Source: an uncultured Clostridia bacterium (GTDB taxonomy: Bacteria; Bacillota; Clostridia; Christensenellales; UBA1242). From it: a stretch of 64,000 bases of DNA. Where the stretch lies: the NCBI GenBank assembly GCA_944372355.1, contig CALVYS010000003.1:28-64027 (forward strand), written 5' to 3'. Numbering within the stretch: the first letter of the stretch is position 1; every line of letters starts with the position of its first letter. The position numbers and the translations under genes are program-made. Positions 8,783 through 17,668 of this stretch are shown here, piece by piece. The notes beneath the pieces were generated by a model. It ran no database searches and was not told the DNA's origin. It saw nothing but the letters and a program-made list of their open reading frames with translations.

Positions 8783-9600
8783 CGTTTGTGCCATTTTTCC
8801 AGCAAACTCACAAGCAGATACATCACCGCAGCAAGCACACACAAAATCACGGTGCTCGTCATGACAAGGTCGATTCGGAAAATCTGACTGCCATAAACGA
8901 TGAGGTATCCAAGGCCGGCACTGGAAGATAGGTATTCGCCCATAATGGTTCCAACCCAAGCCAGACCGACATTGATCTTTAAAACTGAGATAAATTCGTC
9001 CATAGCGCTGGGGAGAACGAGTTTCCAAAAGATTTGAATTTTTTTTGCGCGCATGGATTTCATCAGTTGAATCTTGTCAAAGTCGCAAGAATTAAAAGCA
9101 TTCAGCATAGTGATCGTGGTCATGACAATGCAAATCAGCACACACATCACAATGATTGCGCTCATGCCAGATCCCACCCAGAGAATGATTATTGGGCCGA
9201 GGGCAATTTTGGGCAGCGAGTTTAAAACCACAATATATGGCTCTAAAATTCTTCTAAGTTTCTCGCTCCACCACAGAATAATTGCAATCAAGGTTCCGCC
9301 CAAGGTGGCAATGGCAAAGCCACACAAGGTTTCCAGCAAGGTGATGCCAATATGCCTCCAAATCGTGCCGCTTTCGATAAGCGAAGAAAGCATATTAAAA
9401 ATCCTAGACGGGCTGCTTACAAAGAAAGGATCGATAATTCTAGTTTGTGCAAGCAACTCCCATAGTCCAACAAACGCAACGAGAATGATTATTTGAAAGA
9501 ATAGGACAAAAATTTTATCATTTCTTCTCTTGCGCAAATATCTTTCATGCGCCTTAGAGTAAGGTGCGCATTTTGGTAATTTAAGTTTTTTCTTTTTCAT
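8779..9600 (-). CDS. ABC transporter permease (NitT/TauT, SsuC/TauC-like)
   Basis: Six-TM permease pattern with an EAA-like loop (MKSMRAKKIQIFWKLVLPSA). Start moved to ATG 9600 (MKKKKLKL), which overlaps the ATPase gene by 20 nt instead of 74. Confidence 0.85.
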   Translation of the reverse strand: MKKKKLKLPKCAPYSKAHERYLRKRRNDKIFVLFFQIIILVAFVGLWELLAQTRIIDPFFVSSPSRIFNMLSSLIESGTIWRHIGITLLETLCGFAIATLGGTLIAIILWWSEKLRRILEPYIVVLNSLPKIALGPIIILWVGSGMSAIIVMCVLICIVMTTITMLNAFNSCDFDKIQLMKSMRAKKIQIFWKLVLPSAMDEFISVLKINVGLAWVGTIMGEYLSSSAGLGYLIVYGSQIFRIDLVMTSTVILCVLAAVMYLLVSLLEKWHKR

Positions 9601-10357
9601 TTGTAAGCTTTTTCCACACAAAGTCGAAAAGAGAACCAAAACGAGGGTCTTCACGCCTTAAAAGTGGGGTTTCTCCGTTCAGTTTTAACATTTCAATATG
9701 CTTTACGGTGGCTGGTCGTGAGGAGAGGATTATCAGCTTATCCGACATCGAAAGCGCCTCGGAAATGTCGTGAGTGACAAGAATGGCCGTCTTTTTTTCG
9801 GATTTGATGATCTCGTAAACATCATCACAAACATTGAGTCTGGTTTGAAAGTCAAGCGCAGAAAATGGCTCATCTAAAAGCAAAAGCTTGGGTTCCAAAA
9901 CCAGCGTGCGAATGAGTGCAACCCTCTGACGCATGCCACCACTAAGCTCGCGCGGCTTGCGATTTTGAAAGCCGTAGAGGTCATATTTTTGCAAAAGCTC
10001 CTTTGCGAAGGCAAGTTTTTCTTCCTTGTTTTCATACTTTTGCAATTCCAGGCCGAGGGTGATATTTTTCCAAATCGTTCTCCACTCAAAAAGATGGTCA
10101 CGCTGGAACATATATCCGATTTGTTGATGGTTGTTTTTGCCCACCTTTTCTCCGCCAAGGATAATGCTTCCAGAGCTGACTGGCAGCAAACCTGCGATCA
10201 AAGAAAGTATGGTGGTTTTTCCACAACCGCTTGGGCCTACTATGGACGCGAATTCCAGTTCGTCAACAGTGAAATTTAAATCTTGAAGTGCGTGCACTTC
10301 TTCTTTTTTTGTCTGATAAAAAAAATTAACATTGTCAAACCTGAGCAGCGTATCCAT
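9581..10357 (-). CDS. ABC transporter ATP-binding protein (nitrate/sulfonate/taurine type)
   Basis: Walker A GPSGCGKTT, signature LSGGMRQRV, Walker B LLLLDEPFSALD. Confidence 0.9.
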   Translation of the reverse strand: MDTLLRFDNVNFFYQTKKEEVHALQDLNFTVDELEFASIVGPSGCGKTTILSLIAGLLPVSSGSIILGGEKVGKNNHQQIGYMFQRDHLFEWRTIWKNITLGLELQKYENKEEKLAFAKELLQKYDLYGFQNRKPRELSGGMRQRVALIRTLVLEPKLLLLDEPFSALDFQTRLNVCDDVYEIIKSEKKTAILVTHDISEALSMSDKLIILSSRPATVKHIEMLKLNGETPLLRREDPRFGSLFDFVWKKLTNEKEKT

Positions 10358-10430
10358 AAAAATCCTCTACATAATCATTCTACTCATCAAAAAAAAATGT
10401 GTGCATGAAAAATTTTTCTGGCACACAAGG

Positions 10431-10459
10431 TTGAATGGGCGGCTTTTGGAGTTTAAAAT
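10431..10459 (+). promoter_or_regulatory. Sigma-A-type promoter of the phage-like operon
   Basis: TTGAAT (10431-10436), 17-nt spacer, TAAAAT (10454-10459), about 27 nt upstream of the GTG start. Confidence 0.6.
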
Positions 10460-10485
10460 GCCGTTAAAGCAGACAGGAGGGAAGC

Positions 10486-10809
10486 GTGAGCGAACTTGAC
10501 GAGAAGAAGCTTAAAGATGCGCTCATCAAAAAAGCGGTTGGATATGATGCCAAGGAAGAGGTGAAAGAGTTTGTGGTTGACGAAGAGGGCAGAGAGGTGC
10601 TTTCCAAAAAAAAGGTCACCAAAAAGCATTATTCGCCAGACTTATCGGCCTTAAAGCTTGTGCTGGACAGATATTATTCTGATTTGACTGCTGAGTTTGA
10701 AAACATGACAGAGGCCGAACTTCTTCAAGAAAAGGCCCGACTGTTGCAACTTTTAGAGGAGGAGAGAAAAAGTGCAAATCGAAAAATGCAAGCACCCGAC
10801 CAAATGTGA
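10486..10809 (+). CDS. Terminase small subunit-like / DNA-packaging helper protein
   Basis: GTG start after AGGAGGG; first gene of the operon, 107 aa. The AVGY...KE / PDLSALKLVL pattern and coiled-coil tail resemble small terminases of Firmicute phages. The call rests on position and resemblance only. Confidence 0.5.
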   Translation: MSELDEKKLKDALIKKAVGYDAKEEVKEFVVDEEGREVLSKKKVTKKHYSPDLSALKLVLDRYYSDLTAEFENMTEAELLQEKARLLQLLEEERKSANRKMQAPDQM

Positions 10810-10993
10810 TTTTGTTGGGTGCAACAACCTTGCAGACTATCAATTTTCCACAAAAGGCTTCTTAAAACGAGAGCTCGCGTTTTGCGAAACTTGCTTGAAA
10901 GAGATGTATGTGGAAATCGGCAAACTGCAAGTGCCAAAGGCGGTGGAGTCGCCATTTAAATTGCCAAAACGGCTGAAAAGGGAGGAGAAATGA
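10772..10993 (+). CDS. Small Cys-containing (possible zinc-ribbon) protein
   Basis: GTG start after GGAGGAG; 73 aa; Cys at C-x5-C-x4-C ... C-x2-C. It overlaps the upstream ORF by 38 nt and the portal start by 4 nt. Confidence 0.5.
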   Translation: MQIEKCKHPTKCDFVGCNNLADYQFSTKGFLKRELAFCETCLKEMYVEIGKLQVPKAVESPFKLPKRLKREEK

Positions 10994-12846
10994 AAAAGAT
11001 AACAAAGGAAGAAGAAGCGATAGTTAAAAGCGTGATAGACGATTTTAACGCAAGGGCACATGCCCGCAAACCATTTGAAACTCAGTGGCAAATGAACATG
11101 AATTTTTACATGGGCAATCAGTTTTGCAACATTGGCTATGGTGGAACTTTGGAAGATCAAGACAAGCAATTTTTTTGGGAGGAGCGTCAGATTTTCAACC
11201 ACATCGCGCCACTCGTGGAAGTGCGCCTGGCAAAACTTTCACAAATCAAACCAAAGGCCACGGTGCTTCCGGCCTCCAATGATGAGCGTGATGTTTACAC
11301 TGCCAAGGTCTCTAAAAAGATTTTGGATTCTTTATCTGCAAAGCTTGGCCTTTCTCAAAAAATTGGAGAGGCGATGCAATGGAGTGAAGTTTGTGGCACC
11401 GCTTTTTACAAAGTGTCGTGGAATCCAAAACTAGGGCAAGTTGTGGCGATGGACGGTCAAGCGCCAATACGAAGTGGTGAAGTTGAAATCACCGTTTGCT
11501 CGCCATTTGAAATCTATCCAGACAGCTTCACTTGCACCGACATCGACAAATGCCAAAGCATCATTCATGCCAGGGCTGTGAGTGCAAAACAAATCAAGGA
11601 CATCTATGGTTTTGATGTGGAAGGCAGCGACATCAACATTTTCTCACTCAGCTCAACGAGTGTGGGTTTTGGCGGCCTTGGATATTCAAGCACAGCGCCA
11701 AAGGTTTGCCAGGGGGTAAAAAAGGATAGCGCGCTTGTTATTGAAAGATATGAGCGTCCAAGTGCTGCACACAAAAACGGCAGGCTCACCATCGTGGTGG
11801 GCGGCAGACTGTTTTATGATGGAGATCTGCCTTATGCGATTGGAAAAGACGGCGTGAGAGATTTTCCGTTTATTCGCCAAGTCAGCATCGGCCAAATTGG
11901 CAGTTTTTGGGGAAGCAGCATAATCGACAGATTGATCCCAATCCAACGCGCTTACAACAGTGTTAAAAACAGAAAGCATGAGTTTTTAAATCGATTGACC
12001 ATGGGAGTTTTGACGGTTGAAGATGGCTCTCTCGACATTGAAAATTTGGAAGATGAAGGTTTGTGCCCTGGGAAAATTTTGGTTTACAGACAGGGCTCGA
12101 CAGCTCCAAAATTTTTGGATTCAGAAAACCTTTCCAGCGATTTTGAAAAAGAAGAAAGCATGCTTTTGGAAGAATTCCGAAACGTCAGCGGTGTGAGCGA
12201 AGTCTTGGACGCCGATTATGTTTCAACAAACCTTTCCGGAGTTTCTTTGGAACTTATGCTTGAACAGGACGAGCTTCGCTTAAAAACCTCGGCAGAAAAC
12301 GTCAAGCAATGTCTTAAAGCTGTCAGCCAGATGGTGCTGAGACTTTACAAACAATTTGCATTGATCCCGCGCCTTGCAAGAATTGTTGGCGATCGCGGAG
12401 AAGTGGAGATGTTCTACTTTAATTCAAGCGACATTTCCAGCGATGACATTGCCCTTGAAACAGAAAATGAGCTTGGAGAAAGCCTGGCAAGTCGCAGACA
12501 GATGGTGTTTGATTTGCTTAATGCCGGCCTCTTGTCCGATGATGACGGCAAGTTGAGCGCTCGCATGAAAGTCAAGGTGCTGGAACTTTTGGGACTTGGC
12601 ATATGGGAAAATGCCCAGGATCAAAACGAGTTGCATCTTAAAAAAGCTGAAAATGAAAATTTGGCTATGCTTAATGGAGCTGATGCCAAAGTGCTGGAAA
12701 TCGACGAACACAATTTGCACATTGATCGCCACATCGCGTTTATGCTTGGTGGAGATTATGAAGAAAAGAGTTTGGTTGACAAAAATCTGGAAGAGAGATT
12801 TTTGCAGCACATCAGACAGCACAAAAAACTTTTAAAGGAGAATTAA
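10990..12846 (+). CDS. Phage portal protein
   Basis: 618 aa. The N-terminal region ARKPFETQWQMNMNFYMGNQF is typical of portal proteins, and the gene sits immediately before the scaffold and capsid genes. Confidence 0.8.
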   Translation: MKKITKEEEAIVKSVIDDFNARAHARKPFETQWQMNMNFYMGNQFCNIGYGGTLEDQDKQFFWEERQIFNHIAPLVEVRLAKLSQIKPKATVLPASNDERDVYTAKVSKKILDSLSAKLGLSQKIGEAMQWSEVCGTAFYKVSWNPKLGQVVAMDGQAPIRSGEVEITVCSPFEIYPDSFTCTDIDKCQSIIHARAVSAKQIKDIYGFDVEGSDINIFSLSSTSVGFGGLGYSSTAPKVCQGVKKDSALVIERYERPSAAHKNGRLTIVVGGRLFYDGDLPYAIGKDGVRDFPFIRQVSIGQIGSFWGSSIIDRLIPIQRAYNSVKNRKHEFLNRLTMGVLTVEDGSLDIENLEDEGLCPGKILVYRQGSTAPKFLDSENLSSDFEKEESMLLEEFRNVSGVSEVLDADYVSTNLSGVSLELMLEQDELRLKTSAENVKQCLKAVSQMVLRLYKQFALIPRLARIVGDRGEVEMFYFNSSDISSDDIALETENELGESLASRRQMVFDLLNAGLLSDDDGKLSARMKVKVLELLGLGIWENAQDQNELHLKKAENENLAMLNGADAKVLEIDEHNLHIDRHIAFMLGGDYEEKSLVDKNLEERFLQHIRQHKKLLKEN

Positions 12847-12847
12847 A

Positions 12848-13462
12848 ATGGAAGAAGAAAAAACTTGGGAACAACCACAAGAGGAACAGGCAGATGCCGA
12901 TGAAAAGGCGATTGAAAACAGTGCCGCTAGTGAAAGTGGCTCCCAAGCACAAGGCGAATTTGGAAAGTTCAAGTCGGCGGAGGCTTTGCTGGCAGCTTAC
13001 AACGCACTTGAAGCCGAATTCACCAGAAAAAGTCAAAGGCTGAGTGAAATTGAGAAGGAGCAAGCGCAATCAACAACCGCGCTCGATCCCAAACAGGTTG
13101 AAAGCGAATTGAATGCGTTTCTTTCGAAAAGTCAGGAGGCTGCGCCATATGCTGATGAGCTTAAAAAGATGGCTTTAAAGCAAGATGGCAAACCCGATTT
13201 TGACAAACTCTACGCAGCTTTGGCAGTTGCCAAGCTTGAAAGTGGCGAGTCAAAAAAGGAAAACCCAATCATTCAAAAATATGTTTTTCAAGACGAGGAA
13301 CTTAAAAATTTCGTGGTCGAGAATTACATGAAACAGCTCAAAAATCAAAGACCACCGATTGTCATCAACAGCGATGTTGGAGAAAGAGTGACCGGTCAAA
13401 AACCGGCCACTCCAAAATCGCTAGAAGAGGCAAAAAAGTTGGTTGAGGAGCTGTTTAGTTAA
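12848..13462 (+). CDS. Phage scaffolding protein
   Basis: Acidic, helical, low-complexity 204-aa protein between the portal and capsid genes, with a strong AAAGGAG RBS. Confidence 0.6.
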   Translation: MEEEKTWEQPQEEQADADEKAIENSAASESGSQAQGEFGKFKSAEALLAAYNALEAEFTRKSQRLSEIEKEQAQSTTALDPKQVESELNAFLSKSQEAAPYADELKKMALKQDGKPDFDKLYAALAVAKLESGESKKENPIIQKYVFQDEELKNFVVENYMKQLKNQRPPIVINSDVGERVTGQKPATPKSLEEAKKLVEELFS

Positions 13463-13481
13463 AATTTAAAAGGAGGAAATT

Positions 13482-14720
13482 ATGGCAACAGTTACTTTGG
13501 AGAGTGCCGACAATGCGTTAAAAACCGTTTACCTTGGTGTCATTGCAAACCAACTCAACGTTTCAGCAAATCCATTGCTTACAAAAATTAAAAGATCAAC
13601 CAAAGACATCTGGGGCAAAGAAATCAGAAAACTTGCTCCTTATGGCATCAATGGTGGTGTAGGGGCAGGAACCGAAACCGGTGTGCTTCCTTTCGCTGCA
13701 AGCAACAACTATGCTCAGTTTGTTGCAACATTAAAAAACCTTTATGGAAGAATCGAACTTTCTGACAAGGCAGTGAGAGCTTCTGCAAACAATGCAGGTG
13801 CCTTCGTCAATCTTTTACAAGACGAAATGGAGGGGTTGGTTAAAGCAAGCATCTTCAACCTTGGAAGAATGCTTTATGGTGACGGCAGCGGGCTGCTTGC
13901 AACCTGCTCGGGGATTGCCGACGGCCTCATCTCTTGCGACAAGGTCAACAACCTTATCGAAGGAATGAGCATCGACATTTTCAACGGTTCAACACCTCTT
14001 GTAAATCGTGCAAGAGTCACATATGTTGACAGATTGAACAAAAAATTCGCCATCGACAGAACTCTTTCCAGCGTTGCAAGTGGCAGCCAGGTTTATGTTC
14101 AGTCTTCAAAAGCCAATGAAATCACAGGTTTGGGAGCAATTTTCTCAGATTCTGAATATCTTTATGGCTTAAAAAGAGCTGATTACAAATGGCTTAGCCC
14201 ATACACTTCAACTGCTGCAACCGAGGTTTCAGACACATTGATCCAAACTGCAATCGACTTTTTGGAGGAAAACGCTGACTCTCGCATCAACTTTATCGCA
14301 TGCTCTGCACAAGTTCGCCGTGCTTATCAAGCATATCTTGCTGCATATCGTTCAAACGTTGATGTCATGACTTTGGAAGGCGGCTTTAAAGCCATCTCTT
14401 ACAATGGCATTCCACTTGTTACAGACAGATTCGTTGATGAAGACACCATGTATCTGCTCAACACTGACGATTTTGTTTTGCACGAACTTTGCGATTGGAA
14501 GTGGCTGGAAGGCGAGGGCGGAAGAGTGCTCAAACAAAATGCAAACTATCCAACCTACACTGCAACACTCGTAAAATATGCTGAGCTCATCTGCGACAAA
14601 CCAAATGGACAAGCCAAGATCAGCGGCATCAAAGGCACAGTTACAAGCCCATTCACTTTCACTTGCAACTGCACCAACAGCTCTGACGCGTCAGGAACTG
14701 ACTCTGGATCAGAAGGCTAA
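13482..14720 (+). CDS. Phage major capsid protein
   Basis: 412 aa, with the best RBS of the operon (AAAGGAGG). Position follows the scaffold gene, the N-terminal pattern is typical of major capsid proteins, and an attenuator-like hairpin follows. Confidence 0.75.
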   Translation: MATVTLESADNALKTVYLGVIANQLNVSANPLLTKIKRSTKDIWGKEIRKLAPYGINGGVGAGTETGVLPFAASNNYAQFVATLKNLYGRIELSDKAVRASANNAGAFVNLLQDEMEGLVKASIFNLGRMLYGDGSGLLATCSGIADGLISCDKVNNLIEGMSIDIFNGSTPLVNRARVTYVDRLNKKFAIDRTLSSVASGSQVYVQSSKANEITGLGAIFSDSEYLYGLKRADYKWLSPYTSTAATEVSDTLIQTAIDFLEENADSRINFIACSAQVRRAYQAYLAAYRSNVDVMTLEGGFKAISYNGIPLVTDRFVDEDTMYLLNTDDFVLHELCDWKWLEGEGGRVLKQNANYPTYTATLVKYAELICDKPNGQAKISGIKGTVTSPFTFTCNCTNSSDASGTDSGSEG

Positions 14721-14736
14721 TTAACAAATTTTAGGT

Positions 14737-14766
14737 GGGGCAAAAAATTGCCCCTTCTAAATTTTT
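14737..14766 (+). terminator. Possible partial terminator/attenuator after the capsid gene
   Basis: GGGGCAA-aaaa-TTGCCCC followed by TTCTAAATTTTT; the U-tract is interrupted, so termination is probably leaky. Confidence 0.35.
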
Positions 14767-14776
14767 AGGAGAAAAA

Positions 14777-15097
14777 ATGAAAAAACAAATTTTGCTTGAA
14801 AACGACCCTTTTTACATCTCTTCACGCATTAAAGAGGTGGACGAAAACTATTTTTTTGTTTTCAATTCAAAAGAAAAAAGATTCGAACTTCACAACAGTG
14901 CACAAAAGGGCTCAACTTTTGCTTTGGTTGTGCCGTATGAAGTGCTGGACGAGCGGGCGATTTTTCTTGCGCGCAAAACGAGAAAGGAAAACATTGACAA
15001 GTTGGTGCGCGAAATGGACGAGGAAAATCGAAGGCGCGAAGAGAGGCTGAAAAAGCAGGCGTTCGAGCAAATGAGAGAGGTGATATATGAAAGTTAA
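14777..15097 (+). CDS. Hypothetical phage head-associated protein
   Basis: ATG 14777 after GGAGAAAAA; 106 aa with a charged C-terminal helix. The listed 14735 start lies in the hairpin region. Confidence 0.55.
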   Translation: MKKQILLENDPFYISSRIKEVDENYFFVFNSKEKRFELHNSAQKGSTFALVVPYEVLDERAIFLARKTRKENIDKLVREMDEENRRREERLKKQAFEQMREVIYES

Positions 15098-15638
15098 TGA
15101 CGCAATAAAGCTCAGTTGCGATTTTGTAAATTTGCCGGAGCTTAAATCGTTTGTTGGCACAGAAAACGGCGATGACATTCAAAAAGCCAAGCTAAACGCG
15201 CTTTTGAGGTGTTTAAACCTGGCTTATGAAGAAATTTGCACCGAATTTTTGCCAATTTTGAAAAAAGAAGCGATTGTCACTACAAATGGTGAGTTTTATT
15301 TTTCCGACCTTTCGCAGCCGCTTTGCGCAATCATCTCGCTGAAAACGGCGGACGGAAGAAATATAAAGTATTCTCTTTCTTCCGACCATATTTCTTTTGA
15401 AGGTGACAGCGCAGTGCTAGTTTACGCTGTCAAACCTGACGAACTTGAATTTGGCGATGAAACGAAAGTGCTCTTTCCAGAAAGAGTGCTGGCCTATGGC
15501 ACTGCGAGAGAGTTCTTTCTCATGCAAGCCCTTTCTGATGAAGCGCTGATTTTTGAAAACCGATTTAAAGAGAGTCTTGAAAATCTGGTTCGCAAAAAAT
15601 CGGCTTTGATTTGGCCACGCAGACAATGGATTAGATAG
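15087..15638 (+). CDS. Putative head-tail adaptor/connector protein
   Basis: 183 aa; overlaps the upstream ORF by 11 nt. Position and size resemble head-completion (P22 gp4-position) proteins. No motif-level support. Confidence 0.4.
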   Translation: MKVNDAIKLSCDFVNLPELKSFVGTENGDDIQKAKLNALLRCLNLAYEEICTEFLPILKKEAIVTTNGEFYFSDLSQPLCAIISLKTADGRNIKYSLSSDHISFEGDSAVLVYAVKPDELEFGDETKVLFPERVLAYGTAREFFLMQALSDEALIFENRFKESLENLVRKKSALIWPRRQWIR

Positions 15639-15648
15639 GGAGGTGGCA

Positions 15649-17124
15649 ATGTTCAAGAAAAAAAATCTGACAGCAAAAGAAACCGAGAAAATGACGGTGC
15701 GGTTTTCGGATTTTTCAAGCTGGGAGGACATCAGCGACAGCAAGCGCAAGAGCACCGACACAAAAGAGTGCTACAACTTTGTCATAAACCGAGGCGATCT
15801 GGAAGCTGGTTATGGTTTCAAACAGTTGGCGCTGCCAAATTCGACAACCGATCTGACTGATTACAGTTTTGAAGTTGATGCCACCGAGGTTTTTGGCATT
15901 TGGATGGCGCCAATTTACGATTCCTACTCAGGGCAGGATAAATACTATGTTTTTTATTTAGACGAAGGCAAAAATGTCTACTTTTTCAACATTTTCAGCA
16001 GCGACAAGTTTATGTATGACGAAGATGTTCAGTTTAACGAAATCCCATATGCCGCACCTTTTAGGATAAACGGCATTGACACGCTGTTGTTTTCGTCTCC
16101 AAGCGATCAAACAGTTGGACTCAGCACAAGCGGCCCGCAGGTTTACAACAACATTCCAAAGTTTCTTTCGGGGTGTTGGCACAAAAACTATTTCTTTTTG
16201 GTCACCACTGGCGATCAAAACGGCCTTGTCTATTCAACTGAGACGATTGCAAATTGGAATGATAACAACAAGTTTGATGTCGAAATTCCAGAGGTGCGCG
16301 GGGGACTTAAAGCTGTCATATCCTTTCACGACGATCTTTTCATTTTTCGTGATTATGGCATAATCAAACTTTCGCTGTATGGAAGTGGCGAAACCAAATT
16401 TGACTTGCAAAATGTCTACTATTCTGCATCTTACATCTATCCATCTTCGATTGCAAAAATTGGAGATTACATCATGTTTGCGACACAAGATGGAGTTTAC
16501 AGCTTTGATGGATCAAACGTCAAAAAGGTGGAGCTCCCATTTGAAAAACTGTTAAATTCCACCAGAAACACTTCGGTTGCCGCAGCATGTTTTGAAAACA
16601 AGTATTTTCTTGCTTGCAAGATCGATTTTGACGACGGAGAGGAGCTTGGGGTTGAAAGCGGAAGTTTTGAAAACAACGCGATCATCGTGTATGATTTGGA
16701 AAACAAAGCTTGCACTCTGATGCGTGGAATCGATGTCAGACAGTTTTGTGTGATCAACACTCCTTATCTGCAAAAACTTTGTGCCATCTTTCGCGGAGAT
16801 AAAAAGGCAAAGGTTGGCGAGCTTACATGCGATGGAAGCTTTTTTGGAACTCAGCTTAAAAAAGTGTGGCGCTCACCACGCACAGATTTCGGTTTCGCGG
16901 GCAAATTAAAAAGAATGATGTCTGTCTCTGTCAAACCACACACGGTTTGTGAAATTGTCATTGAAACAGAAGAGGGAGAAAGCATATCCATCAGTTGCAA
17001 AGACTCTGAAACCACACAAAGATTTCTGGTGAACGCTTTAAGCAAAAGTTTTGTTATTTCCATCATCTCGCAAAGCGCCGGCAGCATTGCTTGCCCAGAA
17101 TTTGAGATTAAGGTTGTTTCATGA
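15649..17124 (+). CDS. Putative neck/tail-hub structural protein
   Basis: ATG 15649 lies 5 nt after GGGAGG (the GTG at 15643 is too close). 491 aa, beta-rich. Position and size resemble P22 gp10-type hub proteins. Inference only. Confidence 0.4.
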   Translation: MFKKKNLTAKETEKMTVRFSDFSSWEDISDSKRKSTDTKECYNFVINRGDLEAGYGFKQLALPNSTTDLTDYSFEVDATEVFGIWMAPIYDSYSGQDKYYVFYLDEGKNVYFFNIFSSDKFMYDEDVQFNEIPYAAPFRINGIDTLLFSSPSDQTVGLSTSGPQVYNNIPKFLSGCWHKNYFFLVTTGDQNGLVYSTETIANWNDNNKFDVEIPEVRGGLKAVISFHDDLFIFRDYGIIKLSLYGSGETKFDLQNVYYSASYIYPSSIAKIGDYIMFATQDGVYSFDGSNVKKVELPFEKLLNSTRNTSVAAACFENKYFLACKIDFDDGEELGVESGSFENNAIIVYDLENKACTLMRGIDVRQFCVINTPYLQKLCAIFRGDKKAKVGELTCDGSFFGTQLKKVWRSPRTDFGFAGKLKRMMSVSVKPHTVCEIVIETEEGESISISCKDSETTQRFLVNALSKSFVISIISQSAGSIACPEFEIKVVS

Positions 17125-17414
17125 TTTTGATCGATCCAAAACATTACAAATTTTTAAACAAAATGTCTTGCAAAGGAGAAGTTATGGCTACTGATAAATT
17201 TATTTCAAACTTAGATGATGACAAATCGGATTTAATAGAGTTCGCAAATGAGGAGGCGGTCGATCTTTATGCCAAACAAAAAAAGGCATATGAAATCACA
17301 TTGGCTTTTTTGAAGCAGTTTGACAGAGAAGTTGCACTCAGCTTTCTTGCCACCAATTTGCAACTCAGGGGCGAGCTTGGCGTGTTTTACGATCATCTTT
17401 TGGAAGAGCTTTGA
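17121..17414 (+). CDS. Hypothetical small phage protein
   Basis: ATGA overlap with the upstream stop. An alternative start at ATG 17184, after AAAGGAG, gives 76 aa (MATDKFISNLDDD...). Confidence 0.5.
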   Translation: MILIDPKHYKFLNKMSCKGEVMATDKFISNLDDDKSDLIEFANEEAVDLYAKQKKAYEITLAFLKQFDREVALSFLATNLQLRGELGVFYDHLLEEL

Positions 17415-17668
17415 TGCAACTTTGGGAAGAGATTGTAAGTGTGATAATAAGCAACGGCATTTTTGCAGTGCTTTTTGTCATACTTTTTTGCTATCAACTT
17501 AAAGACGGAAAAAGGCGAGAGGAGAAATATCAAAAAACCATTGAGGATTTGACAGAACATCTTGGTGTGATTGATGAGATCAAAGCTGATGTTGAATATT
17601 TGAAAGAAAACATCGCACCTAAAAGGAGAAATAAAGATGAATCTCAAAAATCTAGTCAAGTCGTATAG
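17414..17668 (+). CDS. BhlA/UviB-family holin-like protein
   Basis: TGATG start/stop overlap. An N-terminal TM (IISNGIFAVLFVILFCYQL) is followed by KDGKRREEKYQKTIEDLTEHL and a coiled coil, closely resembling BhlA/UviB proteins. Confidence 0.7.
   Translation: MQLWEEIVSVIISNGIFAVLFVILFCYQLKDGKRREEKYQKTIEDLTEHLGVIDEIKADVEYLKENIAPKRRNKDESQKSSQVV

Noticed and set aside
10398-10427. Hairpin TGTGTGC...GCACACA preceded by A9 at the left border of the phage-like operon, as an att site or operator
   Set aside because: No matching repeat is visible at the right border (17.97-18.75 kb). It overlaps the likely divergent ABC-operon promoter and reads most simply as a minus-strand insulator or terminator-like hairpin.
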